Positions 62,083 through 63,783 of a stretch of 63,783 bases of DNA are shown piece after piece. The notes under the pieces were generated by a model, which was not told where the DNA came from, searched no databases, and was given only the letters and a program-made list of their open reading frames with translations. This stretch comes from Octopus bimaculoides. Taxonomy: Eukaryota. The translations under genes and the position numbers were made by a program. The first letter of the stretch is position 1, and each line of letters opens with the position of its first letter. Location: positions 74,779,957 to 74,843,739 of the forward strand of contig NC_068987.1 of NCBI RefSeq assembly GCF_001194135.2, given 5' to 3'.

Positions 62083-63783
62083 ATGGCGGACTCGGAGGAG
62101 TCGTTACAAGACAACGAGCTGTTTACACTGAAAAGTTTCCTGGACAATTTTGATCTTCCACAAACTGTACTTGTTGTGTCGCCAGGTAACTGCCAGACGA
62201 CTCCTGCTGTCGAAGAAGGTCAGTGGCTGCGTTTGTATAAAACTGTTATCCCCAGAGTGTTGTTGACACCTTGTAAGGCAGACGATGACTGCGAGTGGGA
62301 CACGCACTATGATCCGTCGGCCAAGACTCCGGTCACGGATCACGACACAATTGAAGTACCTATAGACTATCCAGCACGGTACGTTGTTCTTTCACCTCCA
62401 CATGACGAACAGGAGCCGGACGCGATCTACGAGACGATAAATGATTTAATGAAGGTATCACCGCCATTATTTAAAGCGAACTGTTCGTCGTGCTTCTCGC
62501 AACAGAGTTTCATTGGAGAAATACAGAAAAATAATTTTGAGGCTGGAGATACATTCAAGTTTCTGAAAATCGTTCGCGATGGATATTTCGGGAAATATTT
62601 ACAATGCCAACACCAAGACGGTCGTATTATGGAACTTCCATGGTCATGTAAGGGTGATTTTTCTTACGTCGTTGATTCGAATACCACTTACACTGTGGAA
62701 CAACTTCTGGAAGCGAATCGCATGCCCAGGTATCTTTGGCAAGCTGATGAAATGGTTGATCACAGTGATTACCAAGACAGCATCATACGTGTGGGAGTTG
62801 ATTCCCCCTCAAAAGTATTCACAGACGACCCATTTTTCAACGACGATTCGATCGACATGTCTGAATCACAATTCTCTAATCAACGGAATAGTTTTCGTTC
62901 TGCGAAATTATCTGGAAGGAATATTATTTATATGGACATTCCTGAGATGTTTGTCCAGGTTTATCACACTAGTGACCCTACTGATAGTGTTGACGCTGAT
63001 CCCACACAGAATGGCGAATCAGACGTAAGGTGGCTCATTCCTCTTAGCTCTGACATGCTTGTTAAATGTATATCCGTTCCAGATTATGAACATCCCAAAA
63101 ATTACAAAGCTCGTCGTACATTATGGGAAGTGGCATCGGAATATACTCGACCATTAATTTTCTTCCCAGTTCTAGCCCAAATTGTATCTTACCCCGACCT
63201 TCCTTCTGAATTCGTCGCTTATCTTAAACCAAAGTCACAAATAGTTCTTCGAAGAGTGGAACATATCGATAAAATTCTTGCGCGAACGGAAGACAGATTC
63301 TTCATAATTGGACCTAATCTTTATAAAAGTTTCTCTGCATTACCACGGAGATTTCGGAATGTCTCTGAATTAAGTATTTGCAAGGCTGGCTGTGAACTGC
63401 AGGTATTGGAAGATGTGGCCACTGACTTTCCGAAACCAATTAGTTTGAATAAAGGTGATATCATCCGAATTCCAAACTTCCAGACCGTTGTCTATAAATT
63501 CGGAGGTGGCGATTACAAAATGGAATGTAAAGTGTTAAGATGTGAGAAACTAAATTCTCGTGGAAAATACGAGAAACTGAAGATACCTGTGGATTTAGAA
63601 ATTGATTTAATTGAAATGATTGCTAACGAAGATAGAGAAAGATGGTTCGTGTCCGAATTATTCTACCGTCGGCCAAAATTACCACTGGATGTAGAAGCCG
63701 GGGATTTCTACCCGACAGTAAATGCAAACACAGTGCTAACTTTAGAAAATTTTGTTCGAGACTCAGTTGTGGTTGTGTCTAAC
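62083..63783 (+). CDS. THEMIS-like tandem-CABIT-domain protein, 3'-partial (567 codons open to the window end)
   Basis: Hand translation: ATG in AAAATGG context, in-frame upstream TAA at 62065, no stop for 1701 nt. CABIT signature LQC-x7-MELPWSCKGDF (62599-62661). Second, degenerate module VLRCEKL...LKIP (Cys at 63541). Colinear blocks with remembered human THEMIS: LKSFLDNFDLPQTV, IEVPIDYPARY, YTVEQLLE, FPVLAQIV, LPRRFRNVSEL, LPLDV, LENFVRDSVVVVS. Confidence 0.85.
   Translation, partial: MADSEESLQDNELFTLKSFLDNFDLPQTVLVVSPGNCQTTPAVEEGQWLRLYKTVIPRVLLTPCKADDDCEWDTHYDPSAKTPVTDHDTIEVPIDYPARYVVLSPPHDEQEPDAIYETINDLMKVSPPLFKANCSSCFSQQSFIGEIQKNNFEAGDTFKFLKIVRDGYFGKYLQCQHQDGRIMELPWSCKGDFSYVVDSNTTYTVEQLLEANRMPRYLWQADEMVDHSDYQDSIIRVGVDSPSKVFTDDPFFNDDSIDMSESQFSNQRNSFRSAKLSGRNIIYMDIPEMFVQVYHTSDPTDSVDADPTQNGESDVRWLIPLSSDMLVKCISVPDYEHPKNYKARRTLWEVASEYTRPLIFFPVLAQIVSYPDLPSEFVAYLKPKSQIVLRRVEHIDKILARTEDRFFIIGPNLYKSFSALPRRFRNVSELSICKAGCELQVLEDVATDFPKPISLNKGDIIRIPNFQTVVYKFGGGDYKMECKVLRCEKLNSRGKYEKLKIPVDLEIDLIEMIANEDRERWFVSELFYRRPKLPLDVEAGDFYPTVNANTVLTLENFVRDSVVVVSN

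Overview
AT-rich, microsatellite- and transposon-rich animal DNA with 8 assembly gaps (4984-5472, 14115-14124, 18994-19254, 30594-31008, 32249-32379, 42572-43021, 48830-49025, 58533-58577). The repeat families and the gene content suggest an octopus genome (inference). (1) Most of a Patched (ptc/PTCH) gene lies on the + strand. I traced 25 GT-AG exons by hand (4423-42206, 3748 nt, all splice phases compatible, about 1248 aa); the N-terminal exons lie upstream of the window. This Ptc has a ~13-unit 9-aa tandem repeat in its middle cytoplasmic loop, no PPxY motif in the loop or tail, and an NLS-like basic C-terminus. (2) A 567-codon uninterrupted ORF (62083 to the window end) was missed by the ORF track because its stop is outside the window. 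It encodes a THEMIS-like protein with two CABIT domains. (3) The first visible ptc intron carries, on the sense strand, a fully base-paired minimal type I hammerhead ribozyme (HHR) fold. It recurs 346 nt later, like a retrozyme or Penelope pLTR. A decayed homologous hammerhead sits beside a Naiad-type Penelope GIY-YIG remnant at 55.3-56.5 kb. The rest is tRNA-derived SINEs, RTE and CR1/Jockey-like LINE fragments, Gypsy remnants, a piggyBac-type MITE, two long hairpins and simple repeats. All alignments were made by eye against remembered sequences; no database search was run.
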